From: an uncultured Verrucomicrobiales bacterium | Lineage (GTDB): Bacteria; Verrucomicrobiota; Verrucomicrobiia; Verrucomicrobiales; DEV007 | Length of the DNA: 11,427 bases | Assembly (NCBI GenBank): GCA_938091905.1 | Contig: CALKOM010000152.1 | Span: 1 to 11,427, forward strand | Direction of reading: 5' to 3' | Shown: positions 1 to 7,700 of the stretch, piece after piece | How positions within the stretch are numbered: position 1 is the first letter of the stretch | How the letters are laid out: every line of letters begins with the position of its first letter | Made by a program: the position numbers and the translations under genes | Notes under the pieces: generated by a model | What the model saw: the letters and a program-made list of their open reading frames with translations, nothing else | What the model was told of the DNA's origin: nothing | Database searches by the model: none

Positions 1-93
1 CATAAAAGACGACGCCACAGCTCCTTGGGAAACGTCTCGCCCGAAACATTTCTCAATCAACACTTCCAAACTCAGAAAACCCACCTAAACTAA
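1..93 (+). CDS. IS3-family transposase (OrfB), C-terminal end; gene begins upstream of window
   Basis: Frame +1 reads HKRRRHSSLGNVSPETFLNQHFQTQKTHLN* (TAA 91-93), matching the (YN)xxRxHSSLGxxSP tail of IS3-family DDE transposases. Not in the ORF track. Confidence 0.8.
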   Translation, partial: HKRRRHSSLGNVSPETFLNQHFQTQKTHLN

Positions 94-139
94 CAATGCG
101 ATCTGTCTGATCCGTGTCCACTTTCTTGGGGGAATTCCA
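1..139 (+). mobile_element. Right end of an IS3-family insertion sequence, with terminal inverted repeat at about 114-139
   Basis: GTGTCCACTTTCTTGGGGGAATTCCA follows the transposase stop. It ends in the IS3-type CA-3' and contains the GTGTCC inner motif. Confidence 0.75.
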
Positions 140-150
140 AACGGAGCTCC

Positions 151-505
151 ATGAAAACGACCGTCATCCATCGGCCTGTGCTGCGTCGGATCACCGCTAA
201 ATCGAAGAGTTTTCTGGAAGGGAACCATGAAGCCATGGGTTCGATTGAATCCTATTTGGACTCACTCAGAGGACGGAAATTCTATGGGCTGTTCTACGAA
301 TCAGATGATCAGAAGGATTATCATACGGCACCAGTACTGATCAATGAAGCCGAGGAGTGCCGGTTTGCTGAGCTTGGCTTTCCTATAATGAAGGTTAAAG
401 GTGGCGCTTGTGCCCGCGCAAAGCTGTTCGATTGGTCATCAAGGATCGATTAGATCGGGATAACCTTCGGCACGATGATCAACAACCGTGGCATTGATAG
501 ATCGA
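151..505 (+). pseudogene. GyrI-like small-molecule-binding domain protein, nonsense-interrupted and probably 3'-truncated
   Basis: Contains SLRGRKFYGLFY and GGACARAKLFDW segments typical of standalone GyrI-like proteins. TAG at 451-453 is followed in frame by IGITFGTMINNRGID, a plausible continuation. The end position is approximate. Confidence 0.5.
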
Positions 506-780
506 ATACCTGCGGTTTGAAAGAGGGACAATCTAGCTCCGCGCCATCCGAAGCGCGGTGACTGGCCTTCGCGGCGTCTGTTCCACTCAAGATCTCTTTC
601 CAGTGTGGTGATTTGCGGTAAACCGTCGCATGAAACAACGGAGGCGCAAAGCGAAAGCTTTTATAACGAAGTCGTTGGTCTTTGGTTTGGCGCCGTTGCT
701 TCTCTTGATGCCCGCAAGGCAATGTTCGAGCGCTCCGTTCGTCCTTGATCACGCACGGTCCTAACACCTCGATAAAGTAG

Positions 781-1047
781 TTGCTCTACTCGATGGTGTT
801 TTATCTTCCGTTTGCTGCTGCTTATCTACTTCTTAAACTAACATTAAATGGGGTTGGATTGGGCGATCGCCTTCTTTATCCAGCGATGTCCTTCTACCTA
901 TTAATTTCTGTCTGGCTATGCGTGACGCAGACTTGGTGGGCGCGATGGATGGAGATCGATAGCCGTTCTTTCTACCTTGTTCTTTTGTTCGCACCCGTGG
1001 TGCACGTGCTTGTGGTGTTGAAGCTTGTTGGCAATCGTGGTGGCTAA
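781..1047 (+). CDS. Hypothetical small membrane protein (about 3 TM), possibly the 3' part of a degraded gene starting at ATG 630
   Basis: Strongly hydrophobic 88-aa ORF with a TTG start directly after an in-frame TAG. An upstream short ORF (630-764, MKQRRRKAKAFITKSLVFGLAPLLLLM...) looks like a membrane-protein N-terminus in another frame. Confidence 0.4.
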   Translation: MLYSMVFYLPFAAAYLLLKLTLNGVGLGDRLLYPAMSFYLLISVWLCVTQTWWARWMEIDSRSFYLVLLFAPVVHVLVVLKLVGNRGG

Positions 1048-1159
1048 ACTCTCCGATTGGTTTTGATAAATCTAAAAGTTGGAATCGAGTTTCCAGGTGG
1101 AGGCCTCTTTGGATTGCCTTGACGATGAAGAATTCTTACACAGGGGGAATGAAGGGGGA

Positions 1160-1494
1160 ATGAACGAATGTAATATGGGCAAAGGGAACTTGCTCTCGTT
1201 TTGGAATTGGTTCGTTGTGCAACTGGTGATCAGTGCCGCGATCGTGATGATCGCCTGGTTTGTGATGACGCCAGCAAATGCCAGAATCGATGCGCCCATG
1301 ATGGCACTGGAAGCGAAATTGGGTCGAACGACGTCTCTCGTGCGATGAAGCATCTTCACGTTTGGCGAGAAGGACTGGGTTGGATCTGGCCCTTCCTGAT
1401 TGTGGCGGGTGTCCTTGGTTCCGTCCTTTGGAGCGTGGGGATGACGGTAGGCGAAATCGGTGAGAGCAGGGAGCGAATTGGGATGAGGCATTAG
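1160..1494 (+). other. Hypothetical membrane protein region: two overlapping ORFs, possibly one frameshifted gene
   Basis: A purine-rich GAAGGGGG precedes ATG 1160. One TM segment lies in the frame ending at 1348 (FWNWFVVQLVISAAIVMIAWFVM) and a second in the frame ending at 1494 (WIWPFLIVAGVLGSVLWSVG). No family recognised. Confidence 0.3.
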
Positions 1495-1524
1495 AGGCCT
1501 TTCCCTCAAGGCAGTTTGCACAGC

Positions 1525-2421
1525 CTATTCTGCGAGATCCCGCTCTGGCTTGAAATCGGCCGCGTGATACGAACTGCGGACGAGCGGGCCAGAAGCAACG
1601 TGGCGGAAACCTTTATTCTCCGCGAGCACTTTGTAAGTCTCAAATTTGTCCGGATGAATGTAATCGACGACAGGAAGGTGATTGGCAGACGGGCGGAGGT
1701 ATTGACCGAGGGTGAGGACCGTGACGCCGTGCTCTAGCAAATCATCCATGGCTTGGAAGAGTTCGGCTTCCGTTTCACCAAGACCGAGCATGAGGCCGCT
1801 CTTGGTTGCAATACGGGAGCTTCCCAGTTCTTTGGCTTTCTTGAGGACGTCGAGCGAACGTTGGTACTTCGCGCGGGATCGAACGAGCGGGGTGAGGCGC
1901 TCGACGGTTTCCAGATTGTGATTGAAGATGTGCGGGCGGGAGTCGACGACGGCGGCAATGGCATCATCTTTACCATTGAAATCGGGAACGAGGATTTCAA
2001 TCGTGATGCCGGGATTTGCTTTTCGGACCTCGTCGATGGTCTGCACAAAGTGCTCGGCACCGCCGTCAGCGACATCATCTCGGGCGACGGCTGTGATGAC
2101 GACGTGATTGAGATTCATCCGCTTGGTCGCTTCGGCGACACGCTGGGGTTCATCAGCTTCGAGCGCGAAGGGTTTGGCAGTTTTGACGGCGCAGAATCCG
2201 CAGGCCCGCGTACAGCGATCGCCGGCGATCATGAACGTGGCGGTGCCTTGGCCCCAGCACTCCCATCGATTCGGGCATTGCGCTTCCTCACACACGGTGT
2301 GCAGGTTGAGGTCCGACACCAGGGACTTGGTGGACCAGAACACGGGATTGTTAGGTAGGCGGACCTTGATCCAGCTAGGCTTCTGCTCGCGATGGAGGGC
2401 GGGATCGATCTTACAGGCCAT
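1525..2421 (-). CDS. lipA: Lipoyl synthase (radical SAM)
   Basis: Has KPSWIKVRLP, the auxiliary-cluster CX4CX5C (CEEAQCPNRWEC), the radical SAM CX3CX2C (CTRACGFC), HNLETV, GQYLRPS and C-terminal RSSYHA. ATG 2421 (MACKIDP) is preferred over TTG 2457. Confidence 0.97.
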   Translation of the reverse strand: MACKIDPALHREQKPSWIKVRLPNNPVFWSTKSLVSDLNLHTVCEEAQCPNRWECWGQGTATFMIAGDRCTRACGFCAVKTAKPFALEADEPQRVAEATKRMNLNHVVITAVARDDVADGGAEHFVQTIDEVRKANPGITIEILVPDFNGKDDAIAAVVDSRPHIFNHNLETVERLTPLVRSRAKYQRSLDVLKKAKELGSSRIATKSGLMLGLGETEAELFQAMDDLLEHGVTVLTLGQYLRPSANHLPVVDYIHPDKFETYKVLAENKGFRHVASGPLVRSSYHAADFKPERDLAE

Positions 2422-2497
2422 GATCCGGTAGCCTATGGGGCCCATTGGCGTTGGCAACCGGAAGCCGAAGGGGGCGCATTTTTTTCAAATACGGCTC

Positions 2498-2526
2498 TTG
2501 AAACCGCGCGAGGGCGAGGCTATCTC
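2498..2526 (+). promoter_or_regulatory. Sigma70-type promoter for tRNA-Gln
   Basis: TTGAAA (2498-2503), a 17-bp spacer and TATCTC (2521-2526), 11 nt upstream of the tRNA 5' end. Confidence 0.55.
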
Positions 2527-2537
2527 ACCGCATAGCT

Positions 2538-2611
2538 TACCCCGTAGTGTAATGGTAACACTACTGATTTTGATTCAGTCATTCAAGGTTCGAGTCCTTG
2601 CGGGGTAGCCA
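2538..2611 (+). tRNA. tRNA-Gln (anticodon UUG)
   Basis: Acceptor stem TACCCCG/CGGGGTA, discriminator G and encoded CCA (2609-2611). D arm GTGTAATGGTAACAC. Anticodon stem ACTGA/TCAGT with loop TT-TTG-AT. T arm CAAGG-TTCGAGT-CCTTG. Length 74 nt. Confidence 0.97.
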
Positions 2612-3708
2612 CTTCCTTCCAAATGCGAACTTCTCATACTCGCATCTGAGACCCTCGAAAATAAGGGGTCTACGAAGAATTGTAACGAAACGCAGTACCA
2701 CGAATTTCGCATTTTTGTCGTGAACCCGCGCTGATCGACCTCTTTCCCCTCCAGAACTGGGTGGGTTTTCGATACTCGGATTTCTTAAATTAGCAGCTCA
2801 ATCAGCTCCCGTTGCTCGGCGAAATCGAGAGTGTCGAACACCTTCTTAAACTGAAGTAGAGCGTCCGAAACATGAGCCTCGGTGATGACCAATTTCTCCA
2901 ATCTCTGGAGATCCATCTTGAGGGTTTCGATCTCGACCTCAGCCTTCTGATTCTGGTCGCCTAGCGCTTTCATTTCGACGACGAATTTGTCTCCCACATT
3001 GTCGGCTCCAAGCTTTTTGACCATTTCGACGTACGACTGGATCTGATCGCAGATCGACCGTTTGGATTTCTCAGCCGCGGCGATCTTTTTCTGGAGTGGC
3101 CGGATGGCCTTGTTACCTCTGATCTTGGATGCAGCTAACGTCGCTTTGATGACGTCCGGATGCCGACCCATCTCGCCGATCACTTTGATGACGAATTCCT
3201 CGAAGGGTTTCGATCCGATGTTGCTGAATCCGCAGGAGGACGCGAGGCCATCGCGATTTACATCGCCGCAGCAGTAGTAGAGGTATGGGTTGCCATCCGA
3301 ATCTTTCTTCCCTAAGGGTTTCGGCGTCATGAGATTTCCGCACTGGTGGCAGCGGAGGAATCCTTTGAGCAGTAGCTCGTGTTTGTTATGTTTGGCGTGC
3401 GGTGGGGCTGGCGTATTGATTGAGGACAGCGCCTTGTTGGCCTTCGTCCAAAGGGATTCAGTGACAAGGGCTTCATGAACTCCTTGGAACTCTTGGTCCT
3501 GGTGAACGATCGCCCCCCGGTAGATCGGATTGGCGACGATCTTTGTCACTCGGTCACCGATCCAGCGCTTTCCTCCGATGATCTGCTCCTTGCCGTTTCG
3601 CCTCACGATCTTCCGTTTGGCGGACAGAAGACCAAGCTCGTTGAGCGCGTTGGCGACTGCACCAGGACTTTTGAGTTGTTTTGATAGGGTGAAAATCCGC
3701 TCCCTAAT
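2575..3708 (-). pseudogene. Large serine recombinase (recombinase domain, zinc ribbon, coiled coil) lacking the catalytic N-terminal domain, with a premature stop at 2787-2785
   Basis: Reads IRERIFTL..AVANALNELG..W..DRVTKIVANPIYRG..GVHEALVTESLW..LLKGFLRCHQCG..YYCC..C..EEFVI, then a coiled coil and RELIELLI*EIRV. The frame is open from 3708 and, after the TAA, continues to TGA 2577-2575. Confidence 0.88.
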
Positions 3709-3711
3709 TCA

Positions 3712-4482
3712 CTATATCGACTTTAACGGTAGGCGTAAGCACCAATCACGAATCCATTCATTCAGTGCCGGATCGAATCCCATTCGATCCGGCGATTGGA
3801 GCTCGGCAAAAGGCGTTGATTCGAGGATGCCGTGCTGAGCAAGACGCTGACCAGCGATTCGTCCTGCAAAGATGAGGAACTCGTTGGGCATGTCTGGCAA
3901 ATTCGGCGGCAAATGCCAAAGAATGGGAGTGCCGCCGCGGGTAGCCAGTGCAAGCTTTTGCCCATCGCGGCTAAACGTTAGATCATTCACACCGGAAGCC
4001 CTGATGGGGAGCGCAACCTCGTAGCCAGTGCGTAGCGACCAGAGAAGTGCGGACTGATACGAAGCCGTGGCCACCCACTTGCCATCTGGGCTGACACGCA
4101 AAGCCAACAGATCGGTATCGAGCTTGATGGGAGGCACGGCTTGCTCGCCCGTCTGGGTGTCCCACACGCGCACCGATAAATCTTGCGATCCTCCCGTAAC
4201 TAGCAAGCGCCCATCTGGAGTGAAGGCACCAAAGAGACCAAAGGTGCCTCCAACGTCGTCGTGACGAAGCATCTTGGTAGCAGGCTCACCTGTGCGTGCA
4301 TCATAGAGTCGAGCGCTATTCTTCCACCCAACAACGACCAACTGCTTGTTGGGAGACAAGATCACCTGGGCAGGCACTTCCTCCGTGGTGATTTGAAAGC
4401 GTTGTTCCCATTCGGGAAGTGTGGTTGCGATTACCTGGCGGTTGGCACAGCCAGTGACTAACAAACGAGCGTCTTCGGCAAC
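3712..4482 (-). pseudogene. WD40-repeat protein, C-terminal portion only (5'-truncated)
   Basis: Repeats include LSPNKQLVVVG..ARLYD, FTPDGRLLVTGG..VRVWD, VSPDGKWVATAS..ALLWS and FSRDGQKLALAT..ILWH. The frame opens mid-repeat (VAEDARLLVTGC) after an in-frame TGA near 4485. There is no convincing start and too few blades for a full propeller. Confidence 0.75.
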
Positions 4483-4910
4483 TCAAGCAGTGGGATGGGT
4501 CTGTTACCCAAGCCCATCTGTGGCAAACTGCCACTGCTCATCACTGGAGGCAGCCAGCAAGATCCTGAGTGGATCGCGCAGAACGGAGACGGCTGGATGC
4601 TCTATCCAGAGAACGCGGCCCTCCAAGCCTAGACGATCCGCGATTGGCGAGATCACGTTGAGCCGGCAGGTCGGTCCGCTTAGCCCGCCATGAATCGCTT
4701 TATATCGATCTTGCCGAAGACCCTGACTCACTACCGCAACCCATTCAGCTCGGGTTTAAATTGGAAGCGAACCGACTTGGCGGTTATCTGAAATCGCGTC
4801 GCGAAATTGGCATCAACCATGTCGCACTGAACCTCCGTTACAACGAGGCTGGCATTGAGACAACCTTACAACGCCTAGCCGATGACATCCATCCAGGTTT
4901 CTCAAATTAA
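4474..4910 (+). pseudogene. LLM-class (luciferase-like) flavin-dependent oxidoreductase, C-terminal half, degraded
   Basis: Reads GMGLLPKPICGKLPLLITGGSQQDPEWIAQNGDGWMLYP, with TAG at 4630 and 4681 and a frameshift near 4693, then SLYIDLAEDP..QPIQLGF..EIGINHVALNLRYN..TLQRLADDI..* (TAA 4908-4910). Missing from the ORF track. Confidence 0.82.
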
Positions 4911-4923
4911 ACGAACACAAAAC

Positions 4924-5594
4924 ATGCAAAGAGCGATTCTCGTTACTGGGGCAACAGACGGTATTGGCCTGGAAACCGCCAAGATGCTAGCGTCACTGGT
5001 GCGCGACCTTGTGCTCCACGGACACAATCGGGTAAAGTTAGAGAAAGTAGTAAAGGGCCTTATGGCACTAACTAACGCCAGATCGCTCGAAAGCTATGTT
5101 GCCGATTTGTTGCGAATGTCAGAGGTCGAGAGTCTTGCGGAATCGGTAATCGTGCAGCACGACCAGCTCGACGTTCTCATCAACAATGCTGGCGTCTTTG
5201 CAACACCGGATCCTATTACCAAGGACGGCATGGACATTCGCTTTGCAGTCAACACTATCGCTCCGTATTTGCTGATCCAGCGCCTCTTGCCTTTGCTTGG
5301 TAAATCTGGATGCGTGATCATTTCTTCCTCCGCCGCGAATCGCCTGTTGACTTGGATGCCTTGGCAGGTGGTGTCTCATTGTCGAACGGAATGGCCGATG
5401 CTTAAAGTAAGCTTGCGCTAACCATGTGGTCCCGGGATCTTAAGATGTTGCTAGTCGATAGTAAGCCTGCCATTGCCGCGGTGAACTTCGACAACGATTC
5501 AGGCAGGTTTGCGTCGCCTCATCCCGATGCGCTCGACTCCATGAAATGTAAAGTCGTCGCCGGCGCGATAGAGGAGATCTTTGTTAAAGATTAA
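4924..5594 (+). pseudogene. Short-chain dehydrogenase/reductase (SDR), degraded
   Basis: Has ILVTGATDGIG, LDVLINNAG and FAVNTIAP. A frameshift near 5338 leads to SPVDLDALAG..MADA*SKLALTMWSR (YxxxK site destroyed, TAA 5403-5405) and AVN|FDNDSGRFASPHPDALD (apparent internal deletion at 5486/5487). Final TAA 5592-5594. Confidence 0.85.
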
Positions 5595-5613
5595 TGACTA
5601 ATCTTTAACAAAG
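5579..5613. repeat. Perfect 15-bp AT-rich inverted repeat with 5-nt spacer
   Basis: CTTTGTTAAAGATTA-ATGAC-TAATCTTTAACAAAG. Confidence 0.85.
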
Positions 5614-5619
5614 GGGCTG

Positions 5620-5880
5620 CTATTGCCAATAATGGGCCGGCATTTCCAATGAATGGGGAGCCCACTTCGGCGCGTGCTTGAGAAGGCGTGCAAAGATCAT
5701 GCCTTGTGTCACCAGAAGGACAGGCACAATGAATGTTGGGATGTTGTGGCATCGCCTTTGCCTGGCGCAGTGCATTCGCCAAGTCCACCGTATCTATGAT
5801 GCTGAAGAACCAGACCTACGGTAGCGCCAGGTTCCGGTGGCGGTGAAGTGCGACTAGAGCCATGATGGCGAGCAGGCCAA
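5620..5880 (-). pseudogene. Remnant of a conserved hypothetical membrane protein
   Basis: Reads GLLAIMALVALHRHRNLALP*VWFFSIIDTVDLANALRQA, then after a frame change IPTFIVPVLLVTQGMIFARLLK. This resembles from memory an uncharacterised family with ..PLVWxFN..GT.DL..A and IPTF.VP.LLVTH..IF motifs. Confidence 0.5.
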
Positions 5881-6029
5881 CTTTAAAGGATCTGGCAATG
5901 CTTCGCAGCGACTACGGGAAAAGTTTTCACTGATGGCTGTTCCCACATCGCACCAGGGGCGGCTAACTATGGCGACAATGCGTCACCGTTGCTCGCATTG
6001 TCGTCTAATTTGACTACTCTCTCGCACTC

Positions 6030-7700
6030 ATGATGCACTCTATTCGAAGGACTCTTGCCTGGATTGCGGCCGCAATCTCCTGCTATTCCGTTTCTTTCGC
6101 TGACGATAAGGGGCCCGTCCGTGTCTTCATCTTCGCTGGCCAATCCAACATGGTTGGATCGGATTCGAAGTTAGACGATATCAAACGCTTTCCGCCTTTT
6201 GCCGGGTTGGAGCAGGCTCAACCGGCGGTGAAGTTTTCCTACACCATCGGTCGGGAGAACAAGATAACGTCAGACGGTTGGGTCGATCTACAGCCCGTGA
6301 ACAATGTTGTCGGGCCAGAGCTGAGCTTCGCCCGAAAGGTCACACAACACATCGACGTACCGATTGCCATCATCAAATGCGCCGCAGGTGGCACCCATCT
6401 GGGCGGGGACTGGAACCCAGACAACCCAAGCGGGTTTAAGATGTATCCCCTAACGCTACAACTGATTCGCTCGTCGTTGGCGGCGTTCGACGAACAGGAG
6501 ATTCCCTACCGCATCGAAGGCGTCATGTGGCACCAGGGCGAGAATGACATGTTTGAGGCGGATTACATGAAGGATTATGGCAGGAATTTAGCCCACCTGT
6601 TAGCTCGATGGAGGCGTGATCTGTCCGCCCCGGAACTGAAGTTCTACATCGGCGAACTTTGCACCAAGACCATTTGGGGCATGGACTTGCGTCCCAGAAT
6701 GTACGCGATCAGCGAAGGCCAGAAGGCGGTCACGGATGCAGATCCTTTGGCCGAATACATTCCCACCGCACATATCGGCGTCGAGATCGGTGGTGGTGTT
6801 GGCTTGCACTATCACTATGGAACGCTGGGGCAGCTTGAGCACGGTGCGAACTACGCCGAGGCCTACCTTCGAACCATTGGCAAGTTACCGGAGATCAAGA
6901 GACCGCTAGAGAAATGGCCCTATGACCAGGGAAGCAAAGTCAATCTGTTCATTCTCGCCGGGCATCGCAACATGGAAGGCGAGCGCGCCTTTGTGCAGGA
7001 ACTCAAAACGCTGAAGCCAACACTGCTCAAGGACGATGTCAGCATCGCATACAAATACAGCATCGGCGGTAGTGCCAAGGTTTCTGATGGCTGGGAACTT
7101 CTTGGGCCGGCGGGTCTTTACGACACCTTTGGGCCGGAGTTAAGCTTCGCGCAGACTCTCAAAGAGAGCGGCACTAGCAACATAGCTATCGCTAAGTTTA
7201 CTCACAGCGGATCACAGATCATTGACTGGACTCCGGAGGGTAGCATGGCTAAATCTCGCAACCTTTACCCTAAGCTCATCGCCTTCATTAAAGACTCCGT
7301 CAGCGAGCTGGAAGCCAAGGGCCACGAAGTCGTGCTCACGGGAATCTTCTATCATCTTGGCGAGAACGACATGTCTTTCTCGCCTTATCGGAAGGGTGCT
7401 GCGTCGCGACTGCAAACCATCATTGCCCAGAGTCGCAAAGATCTCTCCCTAGCGGGTCTGAAATGGGTTGTGAGCCAACAGCCACCCACTGATGACAAAC
7501 GCGTCAATGAGATCGATGTGACGGCCGACTTGGAGAAAGTGGCTGCCTTGGACTCGCATCTTATGCATCTCAAAGCCTTTGATCTACCCAAGCAGGACAA
7601 GAAACTCGTCCTCGACACCACTGGGATCCTTCACCTCGGCGAAGTCATCGCCAAAGGTTTCCTCGCAGGTGACGAGAAGAGAAGCGCGAAAGCTCCATGA
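6030..7700 (+). CDS. Secreted sialate O-acetylesterase / CE6-like SGNH hydrolase with two tandem SASA (DUF303) domains
   Basis: Signal-peptide-like N-terminus (..SVSFA|DD). Domain 1 has FIFAGQSNM, GPELSF, IIKCAAGGT and WHQGEND. Domain 2 has FILAGHRNM, GPELSF, IAKFTHSGS and YHLGEND. Confidence 0.9.
   Translation: MMHSIRRTLAWIAAAISCYSVSFADDKGPVRVFIFAGQSNMVGSDSKLDDIKRFPPFAGLEQAQPAVKFSYTIGRENKITSDGWVDLQPVNNVVGPELSFARKVTQHIDVPIAIIKCAAGGTHLGGDWNPDNPSGFKMYPLTLQLIRSSLAAFDEQEIPYRIEGVMWHQGENDMFEADYMKDYGRNLAHLLARWRRDLSAPELKFYIGELCTKTIWGMDLRPRMYAISEGQKAVTDADPLAEYIPTAHIGVEIGGGVGLHYHYGTLGQLEHGANYAEAYLRTIGKLPEIKRPLEKWPYDQGSKVNLFILAGHRNMEGERAFVQELKTLKPTLLKDDVSIAYKYSIGGSAKVSDGWELLGPAGLYDTFGPELSFAQTLKESGTSNIAIAKFTHSGSQIIDWTPEGSMAKSRNLYPKLIAFIKDSVSELEAKGHEVVLTGIFYHLGENDMSFSPYRKGAASRLQTIIAQSRKDLSLAGLKWVVSQQPPTDDKRVNEIDVTADLEKVAALDSHLMHLKAFDLPKQDKKLVLDTTGILHLGEVIAKGFLAGDEKRSAKAP

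Noticed and set aside
450..1521. Minus-strand ORFs 450-767 and 1072-1521
   Set aside because: They have no recognisable motifs, and the plus-strand hydrophobic frames are more plausible.
1516..2431. Several plus-strand and alternate-frame ORFs over lipA (e.g. 1753-2358, 201 aa)
   Set aside because: They are shadow ORFs of a well-conserved gene with no recognisable motifs.
2649..2671. Hairpin downstream of the tRNA as an intrinsic terminator
   Set aside because: The stem is short and imperfect, with a long loop and no U-tract. It lies within the recombinase remnant frame.
4421..4731. ORFs 4421-4693(+) and 4504-4731(-)
   Set aside because: They are explained by the LLM pseudogene in a different frame.
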